Source: Mobula hypostoma (Eukaryota). Taken from it: a DNA stretch of 32,409 bases. Both the position numbers and the translations under genes were made by a program. The stretch's first letter is position 1, and each line of letters opens with the position of its first letter. The notes beneath the pieces were generated by a model that was not told where the DNA came from, searched no databases, and saw only the letters and a list, made by a program, of their open reading frames with translations. Positions 32,168-32,409 of this stretch are shown here, in pieces. The stretch is taken from the NCBI RefSeq assembly GCF_963921235.1, contig NC_086106.1, positions 26,815,592 to 26,848,000 on the forward strand, given 5' to 3'.

Positions 32168-32409
32168 ACTTGCTATATCGGTTCCGTTACGGCGATATTC
32201 AAAAGCAACAGAAAGCAGTGTCAGTCATGATTTACATCAGCGATTAGTTTGCTTGGATTGTTGACATCCGTCCACAAGTCAAAATCTTCTCACAAAAGGA
32301 CACATCCCGAAGTCCTGATCTGCTTTAATTTCTCGCGATGAAGATGCATGTTCTGAATAAAGATGGTTGTTCTGAATATATCCGTTGTCATGCCGAATGC
32401 ACTGCATCA

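Noticed and set aside
32000-32230. Poly-Tyr/Cys ORF
   Set aside because: It is a translation of a TAT/TAC/TGC microsatellite, with no other coding signal.

Overview
Eukaryotic genomic DNA from a cartilaginous fish. A ray or other batoid is my guess from the repeat families and is not proven. Bases 1 to about 26,000 are mostly decayed, often nested transposons: a Gmr1-like and a second Ty3/Gypsy relic, three LTR-type insertions with target-site duplications, several CR1 and Rex1/Babar LINE pieces, an L1-like relic and two Penelope insertions carrying hammerhead ribozyme motifs. The functional core is an apparently intact germline NAR-TCR cassette on the + strand at 26575-29619. It comprises a leader exon, an IgNAR-like V with a 22-bp-spacer RSS, one D flanked by 12/12 RSSs, and a J with a 23-RSS whose phase-1 donor splices in frame into a supporting TCR-delta V exon with its own 23-RSS. 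NAR-TCR itself is a known system. The most unusual observation lies just downstream of the supporting V: a 72-bp segment (29642-29713) bounded by an outward-facing near-consensus 23-RSS and a decayed 12-RSS, flanked by a 5-bp direct repeat (AAGCA). That is the geometry expected of a RAG-transposed signal-end fragment, though it could also be a collapsed D array. The supposedly leaderless supporting V also keeps a leader-like remnant with an in-frame ATG. No database searches were run; family assignments rest on motif recognition.
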